DNA of 62,290 nt, counting the filler. It is 8 parts of 8 records of this genome, joined end to end, with 100 filler letters (N's around TTAATTAATTAA, not from the genome) between each part and the next. Parts side by side here need not be neighbours in the genome. Positions count along the whole stretch, not along the records: positions 36,108 to 50,483 come from SRR20825014_181; positions 50,584 to 54,045 come from SRR20825014_182; positions 54,146 to 62,290 come from SRR20825014_187; 5 more parts are not named here. One strand, given 5' to 3'. Below, one piece after another: positions 47,401-56,330 of the stretch. The stretch's first letter is position 1, and each line of letters opens with the position of its first letter. Made by a program: the position numbers and the translations under genes. The notes under the pieces were generated by a model. The model searched no databases, was not told the DNA's origin, and was given only the letters and a program-made list of their open reading frames with translations.

Positions 47401-48645
47401 AGTGTGGTGAGTAGTGTGGGTACTGGGGGACATATTGTGAATAGGTATGCCGTATCGGGGTTGGGTATGAGTCAACGGTCCCGGTGGAGCACAGCCACAA
47501 TGTTACTGGCTAGAACCTTGGCCAATATATCCTCATTCTCCTCCTCAAATCACAGCGTTGGTACCTCCTCTTCTTCATCTTCTACTCCAACACATCATCA
47601 TCACCACCATCACATGATATTACCTCTCTTCCCAGGATGTATTACAAAGAGTGGCCATTGTAGTCCGACCAACCTCGCCTCCGTCGTACAACGGACTCCT
47701 GCAATGACAGGCTTCGTCATGTCATGGGCAGTCACCCACCCTATGAGTATAAACTACCTGATTAGGAACTTATACAATGATCTCGTATCCGATCCGACGA
47801 ATGTTCATGTTATCCCTAACTACTATGACATCATTATGACAGCGGCGAGTGAGAGATCTCCACTCTACAAAACGTCGGCGGGGAGTGAGTTGACCTCCAA
47901 AGTAAGGGGGAACTGGTACAGTAGTTACGTACGTGCTGAGGCACAGAGATTCGATCCACCTGACCCACTCACCCCACTACTATCGGGTACGACTACCGAT
48001 GAGCTGATCAACTCTTACATAAAGCTTCAAAGTAACATCAGTGGGGCATCGTCTTCCTTCTCTTCTTCCCTGAAAGAGGTGCAGGAGTCTGTGCGGATAA
48101 ATCGGCGCTTCAAGCTGGGGATGCGGTCGGCCTTTGTACACGGTGGTGCAGGCATGATTGTAAACTCAGATGCCGTTGAGGAGCTCGCCTGGGGCATGTC
48201 AACATCCCCCAGCAAATCTATCGAAAATAAAAAGAAGATTGCGAGTTGGTTTTGTGGGATTGTTGGGACGTTACTTCCACATGGGGATGTACGGTTGGGA
48301 TTCTGTGCGACAAAGAGAGGTATCTCTATGCGGAGGTTCCCGGGGGTGTATTACGAGGCCCCGGACTCTGCCATCCGCAAGGGGCATACTGATCGTAGCA
48401 GTACCAGCTCTACCTACCCCACCCACAGCAGGGATACTACTACTACTAGCCAGATTGTCCCATTCCCATTAAGCTTCCATCGAGTGAAGGATGTGTTGGA
48501 GCTGGATGGGATGTTGGAGGCGGTCAGTAGGGTGGGAGGGTCGTCATCATCGTCGTCACTTCCACGATATGACGCCTTCATTGGGTGGGATGCTATCTAC
48601 GATCGATACGATACAGAAGAGGAATCTACTGTCGGAACGGGGTAG
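44419..48645 (+). CDS. Type II membrane fringe/GT31-like glycosyltransferase with a PAN/apple-like module
   Basis: Basic N-tail plus TM anchor (LVLVGSLGVVMVVLILGIW); GT31-type motifs WYMIVDDDTY, HGGAGMIV, GDVRLGFC and PLSFH; Cys pattern DCLRRC...RCNAV...CWLL. Confidence 0.65.
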   Translation: MPSSPKTRKGQNRSQHKRLVLVGSLGVVMVVLILGIWSVQDHISLGNSNNQNSGYSGRSSMVMQRTDVVVVPSTTSHHSHHRRPEVAEEEAATSAVEGSVVGDKEESEEASIEGEVVGQQDILGRDSSNLRRGPSLFGSYFKQIRNTDNDGPPPLRPALLHSSESLNQFPDHFQGDSTTQQQQQSSTTPLSTVWDLPTLEERRTALSFHNDLQGSLADVVHEYTTKVLTLNQQHAAGTTTPPSSPFATDGTTNDGDEDKALEAILKRVGNRANATRWDQASRLWIRRVLRRREGWVKEYSNHILPFADVERAENPKWRLQRPSTSTSSSQHPTTRYYTQWPSSTPLSSSTPVTTHSQPSNTSSKTSSNVPTHHHPCFPTVSIPGGMSETHTNKKISTIVNDGPTTFVKFSCLQLAPKSLRVNFLDVSVVTDGGAGGTTAFKSKSKYLPSMIEKPRPATTSDCLRRCVIYNEELQKMEDKEERKEEQMQATKNMDGGGDDNIMKNIKKKSSNPLLHYTRRCNAVQMLIVPGSEHGSVCWLLRVINPQITNHSEELLINQHLRHSAISSLDSKWRPYARSSIDSLSTFGTSGTFEPHFWPRTAMTTFINRDVLHGWKPCYNDSTKVYYPLLRPFSSGGGGGGTDDERKDSAETTEPPQSIRKDQHQHDKGRNKRNASPHQHPPVLVNMLAARSYLLSRVFPSLLTWVRPFDTLVYLEAPSPHHHHPSSSSTYSPEGSIKKRHPHVSPSPPQPTTAPLNPLTCMRLNALMVALLSQPTSSSSAPTTLSSLLDSTLTRCSSYIEHDTLTSLSLLEQRIVESEKEALETILRPLDCGNYNTAAPELTCTKTTGAVRRIVYLPEPTKGSVLHGKGGGWKNQHIVFFLGLLSRRREAAFPDVPVGVRAGAMGGDSSVLISRGGGDPFGHYASQEYLWYMIVDDDTYYIPHNLNLALGSFILNKNILSSSSLSTPLKHINVARDKAGRTTTTTNGSTGVDGSSVVSSVGTGGHIVNRYAVSGLGMSQRSRWSTATMLLARTLANISSFSSSNHSVGTSSSSSSTPTHHHHHHHMILPLFPGCITKSGHCSPTNLASVVQRTPAMTGFVMSWAVTHPMSINYLIRNLYNDLVSDPTNVHVIPNYYDIIMTAASERSPLYKTSAGSELTSKVRGNWYSSYVRAEAQRFDPPDPLTPLLSGTTTDELINSYIKLQSNISGASSSFSSSLKEVQESVRINRRFKLGMRSAFVHGGAGMIVNSDAVEELAWGMSTSPSKSIENKKKIASWFCGIVGTLLPHGDVRLGFCATKRGISMRRFPGVYYEAPDSAIRKGHTDRSSTSSTYPTHSRDTTTTSQIVPFPLSFHRVKDVLELDGMLEAVSRVGGSSSSSSLPRYDAFIGWDAIYDRYDTEEESTVGTG

Positions 48646-48857
48646 ATACAACACTATTTATGAATTTGATGATATTACCTAAAGACCATCATCACAAACA
48701 GTTTCTTTCATACCCTTGTTAATTTATTGTAGAAACGTTTGATGAAGTGCACGCTTTAAGACTCTGCAACTAACCTCTCTTTCATCTTCTCCATACCCAT
48801 TTTAAAAATCCAAAGAATCACATCAAACCTGAATATATAATATTTCTACACTACTTA

Positions 48858-49757
48858 ATGGAAATGAGTTTTGCCACCACTGACATGATATCATGGGTAT
48901 CAGGCTGCCTTCCCGCCCCTGTGTACCATGCATACTTATGTGCTGCGGGGTCCAAGGGGTTCATAAGCTTCAAGGCCTCCCTACATCCCGGATACCCTGA
49001 ACGGTCACTATACTTGACCAACATCGACATCATCACCCTCACCACAACCACCACCACCCCCGAAAGGAAGGAGGAACATTACAGTCAGATATTCCACTAC
49101 GACAGTATGGAGAGGGACGACGATATTGGTGATGGTGGTGGGCAAGTTGTGGCAAGTAGTTGTGTTGTTAGTAGTAATGTGTCTAGGGTACCTAGCTCAT
49201 GTACACACCTATCTGCTACAAGTAACATTAGGGCCCATCTCCCCAAGGGCACCCTATGTCACCACTACCAACTAACCTCCATCGATATATCTGGACTAAA
49301 GTATACAACTGTTATCCCAGAGAGCTTTATGGAAGGGTGCCAATCTTTGCCGACCGTCGATTTGACAGTGTTTCGGGATGTCCATACCCTCCCCTTCGGG
49401 TTATTACAATCCTGCTACGGTTTAACATCCATCTCCTTCCAATCGTTTAAAAACGTCACAGTAATCCCAGATTGGTTTATGTCGGGTTGTGCTGGAATAA
49501 CACAAATGGATTTCCGCGGATTTGAGAATGTTACTTTAATTGGGGAGTACTTCCTCGCGTCCTGCACTAGTCTAGAATCTGTAGACTTCACTGCATTTAC
49601 CAATGTGCTCTCCTTTCAACAAAAGTTCTTGACTGGGTGTGGCAATCTGAAGGAGATTGATCTTAGCAGTATGACCGCTTTGGAGGTGTACCCCCTAGAC
49701 TTCCCTCAGCAGTGGTGGGAGAAGGAGGGAGGAGGTGTGTGGGAGCAAGGGGAGTAA
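48858..49757 (+). CDS. Leucine-rich repeat protein (BspA/LRR_5-like)
   Basis: Five complete 25-aa repeats plus one partial, of the form LxxIDxxxFxNVxxIxxxFLxxCxx. Confidence 0.8.
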   Translation: MEMSFATTDMISWVSGCLPAPVYHAYLCAAGSKGFISFKASLHPGYPERSLYLTNIDIITLTTTTTTPERKEEHYSQIFHYDSMERDDDIGDGGGQVVASSCVVSSNVSRVPSSCTHLSATSNIRAHLPKGTLCHHYQLTSIDISGLKYTTVIPESFMEGCQSLPTVDLTVFRDVHTLPFGLLQSCYGLTSISFQSFKNVTVIPDWFMSGCAGITQMDFRGFENVTLIGEYFLASCTSLESVDFTAFTNVLSFQQKFLTGCGNLKEIDLSSMTALEVYPLDFPQQWWEKEGGGVWEQGE

Positions 49758-50040
49758 AGGTACATTAAATGGATCAACCTCTCTAATATTTTTGTGTTGT
49801 GTGGTATGCATGATGATGAGTGGCCTACTCTCTGCAGGGCGAGAGAATGTCCCCATCAGCTGATGAAAATATTTTATAAACTTACGTTACTACATTTACC
49901 ATTGTTCCATATGCTGTTTTTTTTGCTTGTGATGCTCTGTCATTTTAATTAATCCTCATCCCCTTTAAAACTTTTACATCCTCCCAAGCTCCATTAAAAA
50001 CAACCCTAGTCTTCCCATTGAACACACCCCACACCAATAA

Positions 50041-50483
50041 ATGTCATCCACTACCACTCCTCTGTATGGTGGTGCCCTTCGTACTCAGCTACCCAAGTCG
50101 GTTGGTGGCCGTACTGTCCGGTTCGACGACATGTCCAACCTTCGCCAAGTACCCGACCACCAAGAGGTGTTCAGTGACGTGGATTGTGGTTGTGCTGTCA
50201 TTATTGAGATGCTTGGGCTAGAGGAGTCTGTATCCACTGCTGATCTAGCCGCCTACCACTTCTCGGAGCTTGCCAAGGCGAATGGCTGCTCTCGCATCCA
50301 ACTCACCCCAACCACCGATACCACTACAACTGCTACCTACGACGCTATTGTGGTTGTGCCATCGATTGCCCTGAAAGATGAGGAGTGCCCTCACTTCCCC
50401 GATGGGCCTATTAATGTGGCCCCTGAGGCACTAGATGCCCCCACCTCCACAGGTGCCCAGAGCGCCCTCCAAAAGGCCTCAGC
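50041..50483 (+). CDS. MOG1: Mog1 Ran guanine-nucleotide release factor, 3'-truncated
   Basis: PLYGGAL...LP...FDDMSNLRQVPDHQEVF...IIEML...AAYHFSELAKAN is the Mog1 N-terminal signature. Confidence 0.85.
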
Positions 50484-50583
50484 NNNNNNNNNNNNNNNNN
50501 NNNNNNNNNNNNNNNNNNNNNNNNNNNTTAATTAATTAANNNNNNNNNNNNNNNNNNNNNNNNNNNNNNNNNNNNNNNNNNNN

Positions 50584-51870
50584 GCGATCAAGGGCGATCG
50601 CGTTGACGGTCACAGTTTTGCAAGCATGGCTGCTGCCAATGGTGCATCACTTCTGGTGGTTTCGGAGGCGAAGCTGCCTGCGCTCGGTCGGCTGATCTGC
50701 CCGATGATCGTGGTCGATGATGTGCTGGAAGCCATGTATATGCTGGCGGTCGCTGCCCGCGCACGTACTCAGGCCCGCATCATTGCCGTTACAGGCTCTG
50801 TTGGAAAAACCTCGACAAAGGAAATGATCGCCAATGGTCTGAAGCCGTCCGGCAAGGTGCACGCCGCCGTTGCCTCATTCAACAATCATTGGGGTGTGCC
50901 GCTCACACTGGCGCGGATGCCCGCCGATACCGAATTCGGTGTATTCGAAATCGGAATGAACCATTCCGGCGAAATACGGCCACTGACCAGACTGGTACGC
51001 CCGCATGTTGCCGTGGTCACAACCATCGCACCTGCACATCTGGGCAATTTCAACAGTATGAAGGAAATCACCGCGGCCAAGGCCGAAATCTTCGAAGGAC
51101 TGGAGCCGGAGGGATACGCGGTGCTCAACCGCGATATAGATCAGTTTGAGAGCCTGGCACGAACAGCCAAAAATACCGGCGCACAGATTGTTTCCTTCGG
51201 TGAGCATTCCAAGGCGTCGTTCAAGCTCCTGGATTATCGCACCCGCGGGAACAAAGGCCAGGTGCAGGCGATGCTCGGATCGGACGAGCCTGTCTCATTT
51301 GATCTCGGTCTGCCTGGACAGCATATGGCTGAAAACGCACTGGCAGCGCTGGCAGCCATTTCTGTTGCCGGTGGTGATCCGGTGGCTGCTGTCGAAACGC
51401 TGTCCGAAACGCGCCAGTTGAAAGGGCGTGGCCGGCGCCACCGGTTGAAAGTCAACGGAGGTGCATTCACGCTGGTCGACGAGAGCTATAACGCCAACCC
51501 GGCTTCAATGCGTGCGGCGCTCGAACTGCTGGGCTCGTTCGAACTTGAAGGGGAAGGGCGCCGGATTGCCGTTCTTGGCGATATGTTGGAGCTGGGCGCA
51601 TATGCGCGTGATGCGCATGAGGCACTTGCTGCGCCGCTTGTTTCTGCCGGCGTGACCGACGTGTGGCTTGGGGGCGAGGAAATGCGCACGCTGAAAGACG
51701 CCCTGCCGGAAAGTATAGTTGTGGAATACCGGGACAATGCACATGCGTTGGCCGAATTCGCCTGTGAGACTATCGCCGCCGATGATGTCGTGATGGTAAA
51801 GTCTTCACTTGGAGTCGGATTTTCCGATATCGTGAAAAAAATACTCGAAACCTATCCAGCTGACGTATAA
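50584..51870 (+). CDS. murF: UDP-MurNAc-tripeptide D-Ala-D-Ala ligase, 5'-partial
   Basis: Motifs AVTGSVGKTSTKE, SFNNHWGVPLTL, EIGMNH, DESYNANP, GDMLELG and VKSS. Confidence 0.96.
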   Translation, partial: AIKGDRVDGHSFASMAAANGASLLVVSEAKLPALGRLICPMIVVDDVLEAMYMLAVAARARTQARIIAVTGSVGKTSTKEMIANGLKPSGKVHAAVASFNNHWGVPLTLARMPADTEFGVFEIGMNHSGEIRPLTRLVRPHVAVVTTIAPAHLGNFNSMKEITAAKAEIFEGLEPEGYAVLNRDIDQFESLARTAKNTGAQIVSFGEHSKASFKLLDYRTRGNKGQVQAMLGSDEPVSFDLGLPGQHMAENALAALAAISVAGGDPVAAVETLSETRQLKGRGRRHRLKVNGGAFTLVDESYNANPASMRAALELLGSFELEGEGRRIAVLGDMLELGAYARDAHEALAAPLVSAGVTDVWLGGEEMRTLKDALPESIVVEYRDNAHALAEFACETIAADDVVMVKSSLGVGFSDIVKKILETYPADV

Positions 51871-52005
51871 GGCCGTCGTGAAAGACGCGCCGTGCGATAG
51901 ACAGATAAAGGTTTCGCCGGGGTGCGACACAGATTCTGAACCGGACCGGCACGCGCTTCAAGCGGTAGCGCCGGTTCTGGTTGTTATCGCCGGAAAGGGG
52001 CGTTT

Positions 52006-53106
52006 ATGCTGATTTGGCTTGTGGAGTTGTCTGATCAATTCCAGTTTTTCAATCTTTTTCGCTATATCACTTTTCGCTCAGGCGCTGCAGTGTTCACCTC
52101 GGCGCTGATCGTTTTTCTGTTTGGTCCCCGCATCATTTCGTCTTTGAGATTGCGTCAGGGCAAAGGTCAGCCGATTCGCGCTGATGGTCCGCAGACCCAC
52201 TTCAAGAAAGCAGGTACACCCACCATGGGCGGCCTGATGATTCTGGCGGGTATTGTCGGTTCGTCTTTGCTTTGGGCCGACCTTTCCAACGCCTATGTGG
52301 TTGCCACACTGCTGGTGACACTGGGCTTTGGTGCGATCGGTTTTTACGATGACTATCTGAAGGTGACCAAACAGTCTGACAAAGGCTTTTCCAGTCGCAG
52401 ACGGTTGTTTTTTGAATTCGTGATTGCAGGAATTGCCGTTGCCTTCATGATGTATGCGGCCAATCTGGCGAGCATTGACGGGGCAACATTGGGTTCGGCG
52501 CTGACCTTCCCGTTCTTCAAGGACTTCTTTATCGATCTCGGCTGGTTCTTCATCCCCTTCGGTGCGTTTGTCATCGTTGCTGCCGGAAATTCTGTGAACC
52601 TGACTGACGGGCTCGATGGGCTGGCGACGGTTCCGGTGATTATCGCGGCCGGATCTTTTGCCGTCATCGCCTATGTGGTCGGCAACTCTGTTTTCGCCAC
52701 CTACCTGCAGATCAACTATGTGCCCGGCACGGGCGAACTCGTGGTGCTTTTAAGCGCGGTGATCGGTGCTTGCATGGGCTTTCTGTGGTTCAATGCACCG
52801 CCTGCTGCCATCTTCATGGGCGATACAGGTTCACTGGCGCTTGGCGGCCTGATCGGTTCGGTCGCTGTTGCGACAAAGCATGAGATCGTGATGGCAATCA
52901 TCTGCGGCCTGTTCGTGCTGGAAGCACTGTCAGTCATTATTCAGGTGGTGGTTTACAAGCGCACCAAGAAGCGCGTCTTTCTGATGGCGCCGATCCATCA
53001 CCATTTCGAAAAACTCGGCTGGACGGAAAGTCAGGTTGTGATCCGCTTCTGGATCATTTCTTTCGGTCTGGCGATGCTGGGTCTTGCAACCCTCAAACTG
53101 CGGTAG
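52006..53106 (+). CDS. mraY: Phospho-MurNAc-pentapeptide transferase
   Basis: Motifs [33 protein letters not shown] and MAPIHHHFE. Confidence 0.97.
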   Translation: MLIWLVELSDQFQFFNLFRYITFRSGAAVFTSALIVFLFGPRIISSLRLRQGKGQPIRADGPQTHFKKAGTPTMGGLMILAGIVGSSLLWADLSNAYVVATLLVTLGFGAIGFYDDYLKVTKQSDKGFSSRRRLFFEFVIAGIAVAFMMYAANLASIDGATLGSALTFPFFKDFFIDLGWFFIPFGAFVIVAAGNSVNLTDGLDGLATVPVIIAAGSFAVIAYVVGNSVFATYLQINYVPGTGELVVLLSAVIGACMGFLWFNAPPAAIFMGDTGSLALGGLIGSVAVATKHEIVMAIICGLFVLEALSVIIQVVVYKRTKKRVFLMAPIHHHFEKLGWTESQVVIRFWIISFGLAMLGLATLKLR

Positions 53107-53115
53107 GCGAAGGAA

Positions 53116-54045
53116 ATGATTCCGGTCAGCGTTTTCAAAGGCAAAAAGGTGGCATTGTTCGGGCTTGGCGGTTCGGGGCAGGTCACCGCGCAGGCGCTGA
53201 TCGCTGGTGGCGCTGAGGTTGTTGCCTTTGATGACCGCGCTGAAAGTTGCCGTATGGCCGAAGATGCCGGGATCACTGTTGCCGATCTCAGGGAGGCTGA
53301 CTGGAGCACATTTTCGGCGCTGGTGCTTTCACCGGGCGTTCCGCTGACCCACCCAAAGCCGCACTGGACTGTCGATCTTGCCAAAGCCGCAGACGTTGAA
53401 ATCATTGGTGATGTGGAGCTGTTTGCGCGTGAGCGACGGGCGGTTTGTCCGAATGCAAAGCTGATTGCGATTACCGGCACCAATGGAAAATCAACGACGA
53501 CGGCACTGATCGGCCATATTCTGAAGACGGCGGAGCGCGATGTTCAGGTGGGTGGCAATATCGGTCGCGCTGTTCTGGCCCTTGAACCGCTGGCGGATGA
53601 TCGCATCTACGTTGTGGAGTGTTCATCGTACCAGATCGACCTTGCTCCGTCGCTTGACCCCGATGCCGGTGTGCTTTTGAACCTCACGCCCGATCATCTC
53701 GATCGCCATGGCGACATGGCGCATTATTCTGCGATCAAGGAACGCCTTGTCGCTCAATCGTCCGTTGCCATTATTGGCATGGATGATGATTATTGCCGCG
53801 CAATTGCGAAACGGCTGAGCAAGGCCGGTGTGCCGGTTGCGCCGATCTCGAAAGCTGTTGCGGGCCAGAACGACGGTCTGGCCTTTGATGGTTCTGCTAT
53901 TGTCCGCTTCAACAATGATGAACGGGCGATGGTTGTTGATCTCGCCATGCATACGGTTTTGCGTGGGGCGCATAACGGGCAGAATACCGCAGCAGCGATC
54001 GCAGCCTGCCGGACTGTCGGATTGAACGATGCCGAAATCGCCGGG
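53116..54045 (+). CDS. murD: UDP-MurNAc-L-Ala D-Glu ligase, 3'-truncated
   Basis: Motifs [33 protein letters not shown] and [11 protein letters not shown]. Confidence 0.96.
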
Positions 54046-54173
54046 NNNNNNNNNNNNNNNNNNNNNNNNNNNNNNNNNNNNNNNNNNNNTTAATTAATTA
54101 ANNNNNNNNNNNNNNNNNNNNNNNNNNNNNNNNNNNNNNNNNNNNCCGACTTGCGGCTGCTGGTGCGCGCGGT

Positions 54174-54539
54174 GTGGCGACGGTTGATCGCAACAGCCCG
54201 GTCGAAGCATCTTCTCAGCACTACACCTATAATCCTGATGAAGACGGGATTTTGTTCAACGCCTATATCGATGGCAAGAACAAACGCCAACCCGGCCAAG
54301 GCAATCATGGTGATCAGAAAGATCAACGTGCAGAACAGCGCAATTTGTCTGCAGCGCGGCGGTCAACTGATCGCGACGGGGCGGTCGAGGCAACAAGTGG
54401 CGAAGATTTTGCCAGCACGCTTGATCCATCGATCCCGTTTGATCTGTCGGTCAATAGCGGGGCGTCGTTCTATGCGGTGGTGAATGCTGTGACCCATGGT
54501 ATGGGCATACGCGGCACACAGCTTGATGCCAGGGTCTGA
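54174..54539 (+). CDS. Hypothetical protein
   Basis: 121-aa ORF ending RGTQLDARV; start uncertain because it is near the contig edge. Confidence 0.5.
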   Translation: MATVDRNSPVEASSQHYTYNPDEDGILFNAYIDGKNKRQPGQGNHGDQKDQRAEQRNLSAARRSTDRDGAVEATSGEDFASTLDPSIPFDLSVNSGASFYAVVNAVTHGMGIRGTQLDARV

Positions 54540-54636
54540 ACCCGAAATTTCTGAAAAATCATCTGTGATGCTTGTTGGTATCTGCCATAGGCCGTATGAT
54601 TGCTGATCATCGTCACGTCAGACCATCAGGCACAGC

Positions 54637-55179
54637 ATGAAGAATAAGCCGGTCCTTCACACGGTATTCGAAGCCGCATTCAGATTTATCGATCTTGCCC
54701 TGAACGACAACGAATATCTGCAACCGCAGAAGCTGCATCGTTTGTTGTATCTTGCCCAAGCCTATTACGGGGCGAATTACCACGGCAATATGTTGATGCC
54801 AGCGATCTTTGTCGCCGAAGAATTCGGGCCGGTTGAACCCAATCTGTATGCGGTGATGGAAGAATGCCGTCCTGATGTGCGTCTCAAGGCGATTGATCCG
54901 AAAACAACTCACTTCCTTGAAAGCATCTGGTCGCAGTTTGGTCACCATACTGTCGAACATCTCAGCATGACGGTGCGCAATCACCCGCCATTCACCAAGG
55001 CCTATAAAGAAGGGCTGGGTACGATTATTCCCTATGATGAACTGGTTGATTTCTATGCCTCGGTCCGTAAAACGGCAAGCACCCCCGAGGCCAAAGAAGT
55101 CGTGCGCCCACGTGTGATGCGCTCGCACAGCGGAAAGCCCGTTGCAACAACCGACTGGCTGCCGCGCCGGATCAAATAA
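54637..55179 (+). CDS. Panacea (DUF4065/GepA/SocA-like) domain protein
   Basis: QKLHRLLYLAQAYY...AIFVAEEFGPVEPNLY...IWSQFG..T.EHL follows the KLxKLLY...A(W)xxGPV Panacea pattern. Confidence 0.78.
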   Translation: MKNKPVLHTVFEAAFRFIDLALNDNEYLQPQKLHRLLYLAQAYYGANYHGNMLMPAIFVAEEFGPVEPNLYAVMEECRPDVRLKAIDPKTTHFLESIWSQFGHHTVEHLSMTVRNHPPFTKAYKEGLGTIIPYDELVDFYASVRKTASTPEAKEVVRPRVMRSHSGKPVATTDWLPRRIK

Positions 55180-55254
55180 GTTCAACTAAGATCTGGAATT
55201 TCCCGCAAAACCGAAAACCGGTTTACGTACCCCAACGCGGCGCAAGAACGGGGT

Positions 55255-56295
55255 TTATTGCCCGATGGTCATGTCAGTGCAGGGATCACCGCGCACGATA
55301 TCGTTGGTAAACCACATAAAATCAATGTCATCAATGGCACCGAACCGCATGGCATAATCTGAAATGCTAGATGGTGTATCGCTTGGGTCGTCGGCCTCGA
55401 TCAGGCTGATGACCGCGATGTCTTGGTCATCAAGGTCCGCATCAAACCGTTGCAAGTGCCACGGGACGGCAATTGTATTACGGACATGCATGGCCCCGGC
55501 AATCAGAAACGCGCCCTGCGTGTTTTCAACTTCGCTTGCATCAAACATGGCACGGGCAAGCGACGCATCGCGGGCGAACTGCACGGTCGAAAATCCGCCC
55601 AGCATGCTTTCGGGCAGCATGTTGCAATGGCCTTCGGCAATCTCGACGTTGAAACGTTCAAGAATGTCCTTGGGGATTTCCGGCAAAGCCAGTTTTTGTG
55701 CAAGATCATCGGGCAGGGCGGAAACGCCGTCTGAAATCATCGGGCGCAGAACACCTTCGGGCAGGTTTCCGGCAATCATCGGCAGATTGTTGTCTTTGGC
55801 GGCTTGGGCAATCGGGGCGTAGTCATGCCATGACGGCCATCCGCGATTATCCCAATCAAGTGCCGGGCCAAGGTCGGATGCCGGAAGTTCCTGCCAGTTC
55901 TGATCAAGGGATGCTTGCTGATCACGGGTGAACATTTCCCAGATCACCGCCCGATGACGTTGATCTGCCTGACTTAGGGTCGCGATCAACTGGGCTTGAT
56001 GATGATGATGGATCGGGTTGTCATGCTTTTCGCCGATCATAATGTATTTCCGATCCATCAGGCGACGGACAAATTCGTCAAACAGGATGTATTCGCCTGC
56101 CTGCACATCAAAAATCAATCCCGGTGCCGGGGGCAGGGCATTGGCATCCAATATTTCGCGGTTTGTGCTTTTGGCCTCATCGGCATGGGATAAATGCGGG
56201 ACTCCTGCCAGAAGGACAGTCGATGCCACAACCCAAACACCGACATTGCAGGGCAAAGATCGTGTGAAGAACCATGCGCTAGGTTGCTTTGGCAT
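55255..56295 (-). CDS. ChaN family (haem/iron-uptake, Tiki superfamily) exported protein
   Basis: Motifs IGEKHDNPIHH, WEMF, YAPI, QFARDASLA and AGAMHVR; signal peptide. Confidence 0.85.
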   Translation of the reverse strand: MPKQPSAWFFTRSLPCNVGVWVVASTVLLAGVPHLSHADEAKSTNREILDANALPPAPGLIFDVQAGEYILFDEFVRRLMDRKYIMIGEKHDNPIHHHHQAQLIATLSQADQRHRAVIWEMFTRDQQASLDQNWQELPASDLGPALDWDNRGWPSWHDYAPIAQAAKDNNLPMIAGNLPEGVLRPMISDGVSALPDDLAQKLALPEIPKDILERFNVEIAEGHCNMLPESMLGGFSTVQFARDASLARAMFDASEVENTQGAFLIAGAMHVRNTIAVPWHLQRFDADLDDQDIAVISLIEADDPSDTPSSISDYAMRFGAIDDIDFMWFTNDIVRGDPCTDMTIGQ

Positions 56296-56330
56296 CGACT
56301 GTTTAATTCCTGACTGCTTATAGGTCTAAG

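Noticed and set aside
32314-49757. Stop-codon reassignment (Blastocrithidia-type genetic code) in the kinetoplastid contigs
   Set aside because: ORFs of up to 1673 aa are open under the standard code, and TAA, TAG and TGA all occur as terminators.
2662-54145. Recurring TTAATTAATTAA flanked by N runs as a biological repeat or CRISPR-like array
   Set aside because: All seven are identical 100-nt artificial linkers. ORF-track entries that cross them (containing X runs) are artefacts.
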